NCBI RefSeq assembly: GCF_009914755.1
Contig: NC_060946.1
Direction: 5' to 3' (one strand)
DNA: 64,000 bases
Source of the DNA: the human T2T-CHM13v2.0 reference genome, Homo sapiens
The position numbers and the translations under genes are program-made. Positions 45,488-57,175 of this stretch are shown here, one piece after another. The notes below the pieces were generated by a model, which worked only from the letters and a program-made list of their open reading frames with translations, was not told the origin of the DNA and did no database searches. The first letter of the stretch is position 1; each line of letters begins with the position of its first letter.

Positions 45488-46375
45488 ACCAAAGTAGAAA
45501 CACAGACTATACCCTGGAGAAGACATTTGCAATGAGCATAACTGACAAAGGTTTAGAATCCAGACTACAGATCAACGAGAAAGAAAATACAGTAGAAGAA
45601 AAAATGGTCAGAGGATATGGAAAAGGATTTCGGAGAAAAATAAACCATAACTTTGAATAAACATGTGAAAAATATCCAAACTCATTACTAGAGAAATAGA
45701 TGTTATTATCTCAGTGCATGACACTGTACACCTGTCAGGAAAATTTAAGGGTACACACTCTGAAGGGCTGGGAAAGATGTGAAGAGGAACAGGTGTGTAT
45801 GGTAGGAGTATAAATTTGTACAACTACTTTGGAGCTACATTTATCAATAACTGGTCAATTTAACATAAATATGTCCCACAACCCAGCAATTTCACTCATA
45901 GCTATCTATTTAACCTTTAGATAAGTGATAAGGAACCTATACAGGGTTGGCCATTGCAGTTCAAATTAGGTTGATATAAGAGAGCATCAGAAACAGCAGA
46001 AAACCATCAAGAGGAAAATGGATAAATAAATTGTAGTATATTCATGCAATAAAATGCTGTACAGAGAAAACAAATGACCTAGGATTTTGGGTAACAACAT
46101 ATATAATTCTCACTAACCTAATGCTGGGAAAATAAGCTGGTTGCAGGAAGAGTCACACATTTTAATTTCACGTAGACAGCTTTATAAATAGAGAAATAAA
46201 GCACAGTGCACAGGAATGCATGCAGACATGATAAAGGCAAGAGGAAGCACATGGAATCAAATGAGCATCAAATTCAGGATGGTGGTATCTCGAAAGAGGC
46301 GGTGGTGAAGGAATAGGAACAGGTTCATGGAATGTTCACCTGCACGTGGGAGGTTTTATTGTTTTGGCTGAGGAA
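45488..46375 (+). mobile_element. Ancient L1ME ORF2 end/3'UTR
   Basis: CTGGAGAAGACATTTGCAA, TGTACAACTACTTTGGA, ACCCAGCAATTTCACTC. Confidence 0.7.
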
Positions 46376-46390
46376 TGGACAGCCTAATTC

Positions 46391-46422
<32 letters not shown>

Positions 46423-46449
46423 GGTGTCTTCTGCCCTTTTTTGTGCCAC

Positions 46450-46870
46450 CTAACACTGTCCTGCGTGCCCACCGGGCCAGGCAAAGCCTCCCTGCCCCTC
46501 CCTGTTCCTCTTGCCCTGGGGCCCCTGCCTTGGCTGTTCCTGCCACTTCAGATTATTTACCCCCAGATGTTCAAACAAGCAGGCCTCCCTTCTTCCAAGT
46601 CTCAACTCAAACCTCACCATCTCAGGGAGGCTTCCTGACCTCAGCGCCCTCGTCACCCTAGGCAGTGTTCTAGTTTAATTCTCCACGCGGCAGTCAGCAT
46701 TAGCTGGTAGTTCCATTTGACTTGCCGTAGTTCCTCTCTGGCTTTTGTTTACTCCTGTCTTCCCTCTCTAGAACACAAGCGCCTTAGCAAAGGAACAAGC
46801 TGTCCTGTTTTCAGCAGGGACTTGTGCTTGGTGCAAGGCAGGCATTTCACTGGATGAATGAATGAATGAG
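46450..46870 (+). mobile_element. L2 3' fragment
   Basis: CTTGGCTGTTCCTG, TCTCAACTCAAACCTCACCATCTCAGGGAGGCTTCCTGACC, (GAAT)n terminus. Confidence 0.7.
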
Positions 46871-46938
46871 TTAGTGAGACAATATGAGAACCGTAATCAT
46901 AACATGGAATATCCATATCAGTTTCTATCGGTATTTTT

Positions 46939-47364
46939 TTAAGCAATAAAGGCAGAGATTTATTGGAAATGAGGGTACACTCTATTGAAAACGAACGTAC
47001 ACTTCACAGGGTGGGAGCGACCAGAGTAAAAAGGCTCAAGGGTCCCTTTACAGAATTTTCTGGGGTTGAAATAGCCTCTAGAGGTTTCCCATTGGTTACT
47101 TGGTGTACACCCTATGAAAAGGAAATAGTGGCCCCACAATCAGTCTGATTGGTTGGTGGAAAGCAACCAATCAGAGACTAAAGTGAACTTACAAAGTTAC
47201 ACCCCTATGCAAACGTCTGATTGGTTGCGGAAAACAACCAATCAGAGATACTTTCAATTTTCCATCGGCCACACAGAAAAAGTGTGTGTGTGTTGGGGGC
47301 GGGGGGTGGGCGAGTTACAAAGGGAGTAGCCTCTGGTTCTTTTGTTGTTTAGGTGTGGAAAGTT
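46939..47364 (-). mobile_element. MER51 (ERV1) LTR fragment, U3-R only
   Basis: Reverse complement contains AACTTTCCACACCTAA...CCAGAGGCTACTCCCTTTG, paired CCAAT palindromes and AATAAA; both LTR termini absent. Confidence 0.8.
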
Positions 47365-47769
47365 AACTTTCCACATCTGTCAGCATTTTTATTAGAAGGA
47401 GAGTCATGGACAAACGTGCATAGCTAGGGGATCCCCAAGAATGAGGGGTCACAGTGCAGAGAGAGAGGAGAAAGGAAGGGGAAAAACTGCATGCAGGAGA
47501 CTGTACTTGAGCAGAGCCTCGTAGGTCAGGCTGCGTTCCGATGGGTACAGGAGAGAGACTGAACAGCAGCACGCGGGGCGGACTATGCTCACATAGGGCA
47601 AAGCCATCGTGCTTCTGGGGTGGGGACACCTTGTGAGAGAAAGAAAGATGCTCAGAGTCAAGGCCAGGGTGAGGGCCCAGCGTAGGTGAACGGGTGTCAG
47701 GGCGATGAGGGAAAGTGGTCTCTCAGCTGATGTGCGATGAGCTTATGCGCAATGCCAATGGCCCATGTT

Positions 47770-47930
47770 GATCAAGCAGACCATATGTGACGACCCTGCA
47801 CTAAGCACTTTACATGTAGTAACTCATCTCATCCTCTAACAACCAGGTGAGGTGGGTGATCTCATCTTCCCTAATTCTCAGATTAGAAAACGGAGGCTCG
47901 GAGAGGTTAACCAAGGCTCCAAGGTCACTT
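47770..47930 (-). mobile_element. MIR
   Basis: CTAAGCACTTTACATG...AAAACGGAGGCTCGGAGAGGTTAA...CCAAGGTCAC. Confidence 0.75.
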
Positions 47931-48520
47931 GGGCTTTGGATAATAGCAACCGATGCCTGTCCCCTGAACTCTGCCCCCTTTGCACAAAATACCAGAGAAT
48001 ATTGTGAAGACCCGGTGCTATTGAGGGATGGAGGAAGTAAGGACAGGGTCATACTAGAACCGCCTCTCAGATACATGCATCCAAACTCTCAGATGGTGGC
48101 TCATGCAGGGTGCAGCTGTGGCTGGGAGCTGCCTGGCAGCCAAAGCAGAAAGAAAAGTGTGTGATTCAGTGTCCATCAGAATAATAACTTTTTAAAATCT
48201 TCAGGAACAAGTGTGAGTTTTCCCATGCTGTGGCTCAGGAGAAACCCTTCCTGAGGCCTTTATAAACAGAATGCTGGTAACTGGGCTATTTTCTCAACAG
48301 TGCCCCCATGTGCCAGCCACAACAGTCGTGTAAATGTTGCTTTCTCTCATAATTTCCCATTTTGGAATTGTTATAATTCCTTCCCCACCTCCTGTAGGTG
48401 GTATGCTTGGGGTTCTGGGGGTTCTATGATATGTGCATATATATAGTATAGGAATGATACATATATTCCGATATAACCGTATCACAGGAATATATGTATG
48501 TGTGTGTGTATACGTATATA

Positions 48521-48585
48521 TCTTCCTTCCTTCCTTTCTTCCCTCCTTCTTTCCTTCCTTCCTTCCTTCTTCTCTTTCTTCCTTT
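48521..48585. repeat. (CTTC)n-type simple repeat
   Basis: Direct reading. Confidence 0.85.
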
Positions 48586-48709
48586 GCATAGGTACTTTCT
48601 GAGTGGCATTACATGACAGGCATTTGTATAAGGACAAGGGATATATGAGAAAAAGGTAATTCAGCAAACAGGATCTCTGGAATGTTCAGAACACATGGGG
48701 TAAACCACG

Positions 48710-48739
48710 TGTATTAGTCAGGATTCTCTAGAGGGACAG

Positions 48740-48796
<57 letters not shown>

Positions 48797-49449
48797 GATA
48801 TATATATATATATATGATGGGATATATATATATGATGGGATATATATATATATATATATGATGGGATATATATATATGATGGGATATATATATATATGAT
48901 GGGATATATATATATATATGATGGGATATATATATATACGATGGGATATATATATTTCATATATTCTGTATATATATTCACTGAAATAAGGAAATATACA
49001 TATTCCATATATTCTGTATATATACAGAAATAATTTTATATATATATAGATAGATATATAAAGGGGAGTTTATTAAGTATTAACTCACATGATCACAAGG
49101 TCCTACAATAGGCTGTCTGCAGGCTGAGGAGCAAGGAGAGCCAGTCCCAGTCCCAAAACTGAAGAACTTGGAGTCCGATGTTCGAGGGCAGGAAGCATCC
49201 AGCACAGGAGAAAGATGTAGGCTGGGAGGCTAGGCCAGTCTCTCTTTTCACATATTTCTGCCTGTTTATATTCTAGCCATGCTGGCAGCTGATTAGATGA
49301 TGCCTACCCAGATTAAGGGTGGATCTGCCTTTCCCAGCCCAGTGACTCAAATGTTAATCTCCTTTGGCAACACCCTCACAGACACACCCAGGATCAATAC
49401 TTTGTATCCTTCCATCCAATGAAGTTGACACTCAGAACTAACCATCACG
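48710..49449 (-). mobile_element. MLT2A1 (ERVL) solo LTR
   Basis: TGTATTAGTCAGGATTCTCTAGAGGGACAGAACTA...GGCAACACCCTCACAGACACACCCAGGATCAATAC...AACCATCAC; 5-bp TSD CCACG/CCATG. Confidence 0.92.
48743..48955. repeat. Compound VNTR: (TA)24 followed by 8 units of GATGGG(AT)n
   Basis: Direct reading. Confidence 0.95.
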
Positions 49450-50193
49450 CCATGACATAGGACAAGTTATTGCCTGGGACAAAAATGAGCTCATAAACAA
49501 AGAAGCTTCCTTACATACAGATTTTATAGATTCTCTAGTAAAAACAACTTCCAAGGTCACCTCCTCCTCCTCCCAGTCCTCTGTCCGCCCCCCCACAGCC
49601 TGAGCACCCACATCATAAATGGGGAGCAGCTGGTGTCCCAGATTTTGGGACCCTTCCCTGTCCTTGGCGTCTGATGCTCTATGGCTTCTTGGACATTTGT
49701 TTTATTCACAAACACTGAAGAATCAGTTTAATTAGACATCTTCCAATTCTATGTCAAGCCCTTGGAAATCCCAAGTGTTTAGCAGTTAGGAGGGAGGGTA
49801 TAAAGGCTCCTGCTGAGGTCACAGTCTGGGGGCAGGATTGGGCCGGAGGGGCAGCCTTAGAGAGGATGCAATTAGCTGGTATTGAAAATAACAGAAGAAA
49901 GAAATCCTCAGGTGCAGGGCCACTCACACACACCTTGACGTAAGGGTCAGCAAACGAGGAAGGAGAAAAATTGAGTGAGTTCTCAGATGTTTATCATTAG
50001 CAGAAACCCACTGGGTAGGCTTAGATTATTAGTGTAACTCAGTGGCACTCACCCTGCACAGAACCATGAACAGGCACTGCTTCCCAAAAGCAATGGGCCC
50101 AATCCCAGGGCCCTCTGTAATCTGTCCTGATGCATGGTTAAAAGCTTAGTATTGCGACTCTTTAATTTAGAAAAATCAATCAAACTTTGACAA

Positions 50194-50491
50194 TTTTTCC
50201 TTCTTCCCTCCCTCTCCTTCCTCCCTTTACTGCCTCCCTCCCTCTCCTTCCTCCCTAGTCCCTCTCCTTCCTCCCTAAGTCCCTCTCCCTCTTCTCTCTC
50301 CTTCCTCCCTGTCCTTCCTCCCCTCCTCCCTCTCTTTACTGCCTCTCCCTCCTCCCTCTCCTTCTTCCCTCTCCTTCCTCCTTGTCTCTCCTCCCTCTCC
50401 TTCCTCCTTCTCCTTCCTCCCTACCTCCCTCTCCCTCCTCCCTCTCTTTCCTCCCTCCCTCTCCTTTCTCCCTTCCTTCTCTTCTTCCTTC
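50194..50491. repeat. About 300-bp polypyrimidine (CT-rich) low-complexity tract
   Basis: Almost purine-free CCCTCTCCTTCCT-type units. Confidence 0.92.
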
Positions 50492-50574
50492 AGTTAGGAA
50501 GGAAGTGCCATTACATGCCAGGCACTGGTATCAGGACAGGGGATACAAAGAAAATGCCTAATTCATGCAAGTCA

Positions 50575-50930
50575 TTTTAGCTTGCACCCGGTATGTCTTG
50601 GATTGCTAGTTCTGAGAGAAAGGAACCAGCGCACCAGGAAGACCCTCAGGCAGCCCCATGGACAGTTCTGTGCAGAGAGGGATCCAGGCCCCCAGCCAAC
50701 AGCTGGCAACAAATGCCACTCATGTGGATGAGGCCTTGGAAGTAGACCCTTCATCTCAATCAAACTTTGATGACTACAGCCTGGCCAACATCTGACTGCA
50801 GACAGGAGAGACCCCAAGCGAGGACTACCCAGCAAACTCTTCCCAAATGTATGGCTCATAGAATCTGTGTACACGATAAAGGCCCCTAAGTGCTGGGGTG
50901 ATCCATCATGCAACATTCGATAACTGCAAC
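50575..50930 (+). mobile_element. MLT1F/MLT1G-like MaLR LTR fragment
   Basis: CCAGCCAACAGC, GATGACTACAGCCTGGCCAACATCTGACTGCA, GATAACTGCAACA end. Confidence 0.65.
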
Positions 50931-52869
50931 AGACACTGAGCCCAGTGGTTGGTGCACCATCAATGCTCAGACAGTGGTGGCTGCTGCTTCTGTCAAATAA
51001 CAGCAGTTCCATGTTCTGACAGATGTCCTAGATTATTCCAGGAAGTCGCATGGCTCCAGACTCCCTCCACACCCACAGTGCCCCCTGAGGAAGCCTGGCC
51101 CCACAGATGGTGACTGGCGGGAGCCATCAGACCCCCTGTCTGATTGATTGCACTTGAGTGCTAGAGAGGAGGCCATGAGAGAAAGTCACACACGTGAAAC
51201 TCACACGGGAAACCACAGCCTCTGCACCTCCGCAGGACACGGCACGGTAGCTCAGCCAGAGCCTTGGCGACCTTGGGTGCCCTTCGCGAGCTCCTGCTTC
51301 CGGAGCCGGCTCTGCAGCTGTTCTTCCTCCTCTTGTGTCTCTTGTAGCTTATAATAAAAATCTCTCTCTGGGAATTTCTTTGTTCTTTGAGCATTTCTTT
51401 GTTTCTTGCAGCCTAAAAGAGCCCATCTCAAACAACAAGGGTCTGGGTGGAGGAAGGGTTAAGGACATCTTATTTAGACTCAAAGAGCCCAATCAAGCCT
51501 TCTGCCTGAATGGAATGATTTGTGCAGTTCCTCGGTGAGACAAGAAGCTGCTTCTCTGCTCTGCCTACTAAGAAGGCCTGGATTTCCATACATAAGTAGA
51601 TAAACACAACGTGCTGAAGGCAGACAGGGAAAGCAAGAAAGAACACACTATTCATTAACTTCTCCGCTTCCTAATAGGATCACCACGGGCTGAGCAACAT
51701 TTCTGCTTGAGTACCCCAGCACAAAGCCCTGTCTGGGCCTCAGCCACCTGGTAATTCTCAATTAGGCTCCACGGCAGCACTAACGGCTGGCTGTTGGCTC
51801 CTACAGGTAGAGCTTATTCAACAAGGGGCCCGAGCTGTATGCCCGGAGATCACGCATGCCCAGCCTGCTGGGCCACCGTGGGCGCTGGGCAGTCTCTCTG
51901 CATTTGACCCTTTCATGATGCAGCTCCCAGTTCCCTGGGGTGGGGGCTGAGGAGCCTGGCAAGCCAGTGTGGCCATCCCCAAGTTACTCAGCACCACAGG
52001 CAGCAGCATTTTACAGCACATAGGAGGGAGCAAACCTTGCAAAAATGGATCGATAGAGACTGCTTATTGAAAGAACCTTGAACAAGCACATGTGTAAGGA
52101 TTGAGAATGTGGTGTCTGAACTGGCAGCATGTGCCCAGAGCAGCACAGACCTCCCAGGAAAATGAAGAGAGGAAATCGAGGTCCCAGCAGCCCCAAGGCC
52201 CTATCTTCCTGTTTCTGCAATCACAGAGTCTTCACCTTGCCTTTTGCTCAAAGCACCGGACATCAACCTGTGGGCCATTGTCCACATTTGGCTGTCTGTA
52301 CCTAGACCTGCACTGATGGATGTGGCATGCTCAGAGGTGGAGCAGATTCAGGCTGTTGTCAACAATGGTTTTGAACTCACCATCATGTTCTAAGTTAAAT
52401 ATTCCTCCGTGCATCATCCACCTGAATGGTTGTTCTGTGATCCCTGGAACAAGAAGATAGAGCTCCAAATGGCACAACCAGATAAGCATCACCCACCCCC
52501 GCTCAAGAATTCTGTTCGAAGTGTGCTTATTCCCACCTGGGCACACAATGTACCCATACAATAAAGCTTGCTGAAGTTGCAAACCTGCCCGAACATGGGG
52601 CTCTCCTACGTGACCATGCACCTAAAGGGCTCCAATCCCTCTGCCAATCACCCTAAGAAGTTTCCAACCTGCTCCATTTGGCTGAGAATCCTTTACTGGC
52701 TCCCCATCACCAGTGTGAATTAAGTCGCACCCCCTTAGCCTTCCTCCAGAGCCTTCTCTGAATTGACCCAGCCTGGATTTCACCTGTCAGTCATTCTTTG
52801 ATATCCTTGTCTGTGAGTCCCTTATCCTGAATATGCTGAGCCCCTACTGAATACGCCCTCCCACCGTGA

Positions 52870-53070
52870 GGCAGGATAGCGCCGTGTGGAAGGCACAGGC
52901 CTGTGGATCAGACAGACCTGGACTCTGATTACTTAATCTGTTTGAACCTCAGTTTCCTCATCTATAAATTCAAAATACTCATCATCGTCTGTGCTGTGTA
53001 GGGTTGGCAAGAGGATTACACGTCAGTCCTGGAAAGCAGGACTCAAGGCCCAGCATGCAGTGCACACTAA
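52870..53070 (+). mobile_element. MIR
   Basis: ATCAGACAGACCTGG...CCTCAGTTTCCTCATCTATAAA. Confidence 0.75.
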
Positions 53071-55024
53071 CCACCCGTCGACACTCCAGGGCCCCCCACT
53101 CTAAGCATGCCTACTGTGTGGTGAAGTCACTGCCTTCATTGCGGTTATGGCCATCATCCTCCTCACTTCTGCCTTTCCCGTGGTGACCTGGACTCCTTCT
53201 CACCCCTTCCTGCATGGCCCCTGCTCACCCCTTCCTTTCCCAGCCTCTGCTGGAGGCTCCAAGCTCCAGATCCTGATGTAGGGCCAGCCTTGACCATGTC
53301 TGCCTGAGCCTGGATTGCTGTTCTGTGGCTGGACTTTGTGGGGATTTGCAACAGCCGAGCCTCACCATGCCCAGCTCAGAGGCCGTCCTTAGCATGAGTC
53401 CTTTCATGTGACATCATTTAATTAAGTGTTATATTGTATGGGTCTATAAATGTCCACCTGAATTTAAATCTGCCAATAAAACTAAAAATCTCCTATAAAA
53501 GGAAGACAATGATTGTGAGCAGATATGGCCAAATGCCCATAAATCAGAAGGGGTGATGTCTCCAGGCAGAGGCTGGAATTGGAGTCACTAAGTCAGGTAG
53601 GGACCATCACCCACAGCCAAGGGGCCTTTCTTTCAGATGCCACTGTGTACATTTAGGATGTGATGATCTGAAGTGTGGAACAGTCACCCCCACAGTGCAT
53701 GTAGCTGAGGGCACGCCAGGACCCTGACGCCAAGCTGCCCGGCCCCACCTGGGCACTCTTCCTACCGCAGCAGAAGCGAATTTCGGGCCTAGAGGAAATC
53801 GAGCCTGTCCATCCAGGGACAAACCCAGGCCTGGTGGGCCCTGTGCGGGAGTTTCCCAGAGGTAACCTGGTACCCAGCCAGGGGCAGACAAGTAACTGTG
53901 CTGGAGTCCCTGAAGGACCAGACGAGGGTGTTTCCCAAAGCAGGGCACACGGAGGCTCCTTCACTCGTGGGTTTCTCACTGGGACCCTGAGAGGTTCTGA
54001 GAGCAGGGAGCATCCCTGGGTAAAGGAGACATGGTTGCACCTGAAAGAAGGGTGCTGGGCTGTAGAACGCTGCACAGAGGTGAGCCCAGAGCTGAGACAG
54101 ATTGCACCTGGGGCCTCTGCCCTCCAGCCCGGGGCCTGTTCTCCTGGGCAAGGCAGCAAACCTTGTAGCGTAGTTCTCTGTGCCCATCCAGTCTCGAGGT
54201 CACATGTAGAAAACTGCAGTTTTCTAAGAAAAACCAGGCTTCCAGTGGGTGTAAAGCCTTGAGCTCCCAGCTGGTCCATCAAGGCTCAGACTGGTTTCCA
54301 GCACAGTCCCATGATGGGCTCAGCTCAGCACCGAGTGTGCACAGAACGCCCACGCAGTATCTCAGAAAGTGTGGAATCCAGGACTGACAAGCGTGCCCTA
54401 TCTCCCTCCAGCCAGGGTTCTGGCATCCACTCACAGAGCCTCTCAGACCCAGGGGACCTGGAAATGCTAGCCTTTCCTAATCAACCCCACCTCCCTTCCA
54501 CTCCACAATCCCCCCGTCACCTTAACCATCCCACCATCCTGGCTCAGGCCCTCTGCCTCCCTGTAGAGCTGTTTATACCCATGACTTTCCTCTTCCTGGA
54601 GCCTGGTTCCCCAGGACGGTCAGTGCCGCAGGCCTCCACCTGCCTCACCCCAGTGGTCTCAGGTGCTTTATAGGGAGTCTACCCATCCAATCTCCCAGCA
54701 CCTGGCTGAGGAGGTGATTTCCACATTCTAAGACACCAGCTGCTGCTCTACTGTGCCATGAAATAAGATGCCAGCATTTTAATAAGAGCTTCCTGGGGGT
54801 GGGGAAGTAGGGCATAGAAATACAAGTCTCTCTTGGTAAATGGACACATGCATTCTGAGACATCTGACTTCAGAAGCACACGTCTTAGGATTCAGGAAAT
54901 GTGATATGGCCCACCTTTTTCAGGAAAGCAGAGAAGGCAGTGACTTGCCCATTATGGCTTCAGTGTCATGCCAGGTCACTGTGCAAGATGCTACTATTTA
55001 CGGGAGACTTCCAGGGTCAATGTG

Positions 55025-55165
55025 GCTGAGTGGCAGAGCTGGGACAAGACTTGGGGGTAAAGCAGACCCTGGCCATAATGCCAACTCCGCCATCTATAAG
55101 CTGCAGGACTGGGGCGAGTCACTTGAACTCTCCTAGCCTCCGTTTGCCCATAGGCAGTGGGCAGG
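55025..55165 (+). mobile_element. MIR fragment
   Basis: CTCCGCCATCTATAAGCTG...GGGCGAGTCACTTGAACTCTC. Confidence 0.6.
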
Positions 55166-56629
55166 TGGTCCAGGTTCAACTTCCTCATTGCAATACCCAC
55201 CTCCAAAAAGCTGTGAAAACTAGAAGCATTTTTCGAACTCATTCAATGATAAGACCCCACCTGACGTGACCTGGCCTCTTTGGTAACCAAATCTGACCTG
55301 AGCTACCTGCAGTTCTTTAGTCTTTGATGGATCAGATTCCCAAGAATATTCATATGTTTCATGTAGAACTGCTATATCAGTTGTGTTTGATTACAGGTGC
55401 TGTCCCCAACCCCTGGGGTGCTCCATGCAGATGGACTGGGGCCAGGGCCATCATCTCCATCCTATGGACTCTGATCAGTCACCTTCCCCTATTTTCAGGG
55501 GTGGTTAACAAGAGCCGGGACTGGCACAGCTCTCTGGGCTCTGGTCACATGTCCTTTGCTGTCCTACAAACTTTTGGGAGTGTGCTCCGGGAAATGGTGC
55601 CCTGGTGGGGAGGGCTGCTCCTGAGAAGCTCCCATGGTTTATTTGGCCACATGCAGGGGCTCTTGCCCTCTCAAGGGAAACCACACAGCAGGGATGAGAG
55701 GGCCGAGGGCCAAGTGCCAGAGGTACAAGTCCTGAGACAAGGTCTGGAGTCAAGGGTCGCGGGTCAGGGGAGCACTGGCGTCACTGAGTAACATCTTCAT
55801 GAAGTGACTCTTCCAGAGCAGCGGACGTCAAGGGTGGGGCTGCCTCTGCCTAGGCCAGGGATTACCCTCTTGCTTCAGATTTGGAACTGAAACCGCTGGG
55901 ATCGGCGCCTCCACTGGGGGCCTAAATCCCCTGTTACTCTTTTTCAATGCCTTGTCATCGCTGTCCTGTTTGATATTCTTGTCTGTTTCCTTTTGCTGGA
56001 ACACAGAGGAAATTTATACCTCATCCTTAGAAAAAGGAAAAAAAGATAGTTGTGCGATTGTGGGCAGAAATAGTCAATTGTCAGCTGTTTACAGGATGGG
56101 GCATTGGCGGATTCAGACTGGGACTCCCACCCACTGTGAAGACCCTTGAAAGTGATACCACTGCAAACCTATAGGAGGGCCCCGCAGGAAAATTCTCCTT
56201 GCAAACTGTCCTGCCCCTGAAGCTTTGATTCCTTTCCTGCTGCTGATACCGCTGTCTGTCTGTTCCACATGAGCTCCTCTCTCCTCTGCTCGGCCGTCCT
56301 GGACTACACAAAATCTCAGTCCTGCCACAGCCTGATGCTCTTCCCCCCCACCCCCAAGCACACACACCGCACAACATACTCAGCACCTAGATTCCCAGGC
56401 TGGGCCAGGAATAGGGCCTGAGTCTATGGGGTTCCCATCAGCATCTTCATGGGGGGATCCTACAAAAACAGCCATCCGCAGCTCTTTGCCCAAATATATA
56501 GGAAGTGACTTCTTTTCTTTTGTGCCTTCTCATCAAAGGGTGGCATCAGACTAATATGGGTTTTGTTTGCCACAGCTTTCTGTCAAAAGACCTTGGGCAA
56601 GTTCCAAATACATCCATCCTCAGAAGAGC

Positions 56630-57175
56630 TATATATTAAGGATTTCTGTATAGTAAATTATCACTGGATGCATTGGCTGCAAAAACAAGCATTTGTCACC
56701 TCACAGGGTCTGTGGTTCAGGAATCTGAGTGTGGCTTTGCTGTGTACTGCTGCCTTAAGTTCATTCACTTTCAAGATGTTGGGCTGGGCTGAGTCTCATC
56801 TGAAGGTTGGGCTGTGGAAGGATCGACATGGCTGTGAGCAGGATTCAGTCATCTATGGGCTGGCAGTCTGAGGGTGTCACTCCTCTGTCGCTGCAGCCAG
56901 ATGTCTCTGCCTGTTCCTGGCCCCATGAGTCCCTTCACAGGCTCACAACCTGGCAGCTCGCTCCCCTCTGAGTGAACAAGGGAGGGAGAGAGTGAGACAG
57001 AAGTCACTGTCCTTTGGTAGCCTCATTTCAGAAGTGACATTCCAGCAGTTTTGGCCACATTCTGTTTATTAGAAAGAAGTCAATAGGTGCAGTCTGTACT
57101 CAGGGGTGGAGCTTACACAAGGGCTGAGTTCCTGGAGGGGGTTATCCCTGGAGTAATCTGAGAGCCACCTACTCA
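56630..57175 (-). mobile_element. MLT1F-like MaLR LTR
   Basis: CTCACAGGGTCTGTGGTTCAGGAATCTG, CAGAAGTGACATTCC, CCACATTCTGTTTATTAGAA. Confidence 0.7.

Noticed and set aside
48457-48499. 13-bp-arm hairpin ATACATATATTCC/GGAATATATGTAT
   Set aside because: Low-complexity TA-rich context makes such stems common; too short for a pre-miRNA
48743-48955. Repeat-spacer look of the GATGGG(AT)n array (CRISPR-like)
   Set aside because: Spacers are only (AT)n, the context is a primate LTR, and there are no cas genes; it is a VNTR
49790-49945. TATAAAG with nearby GC-rich and TTGACGTAA motifs as a promoter
   Set aside because: Isolated short motifs with no CpG island and no supported downstream exon
53653-54282. 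Longest ORF (209 aa, minus) and overlapping 113-142 aa ORFs
   Set aside because: GC-rich stretch open in several frames on both strands, G/P/S/R-rich, no recognisable domain; consistent with chance
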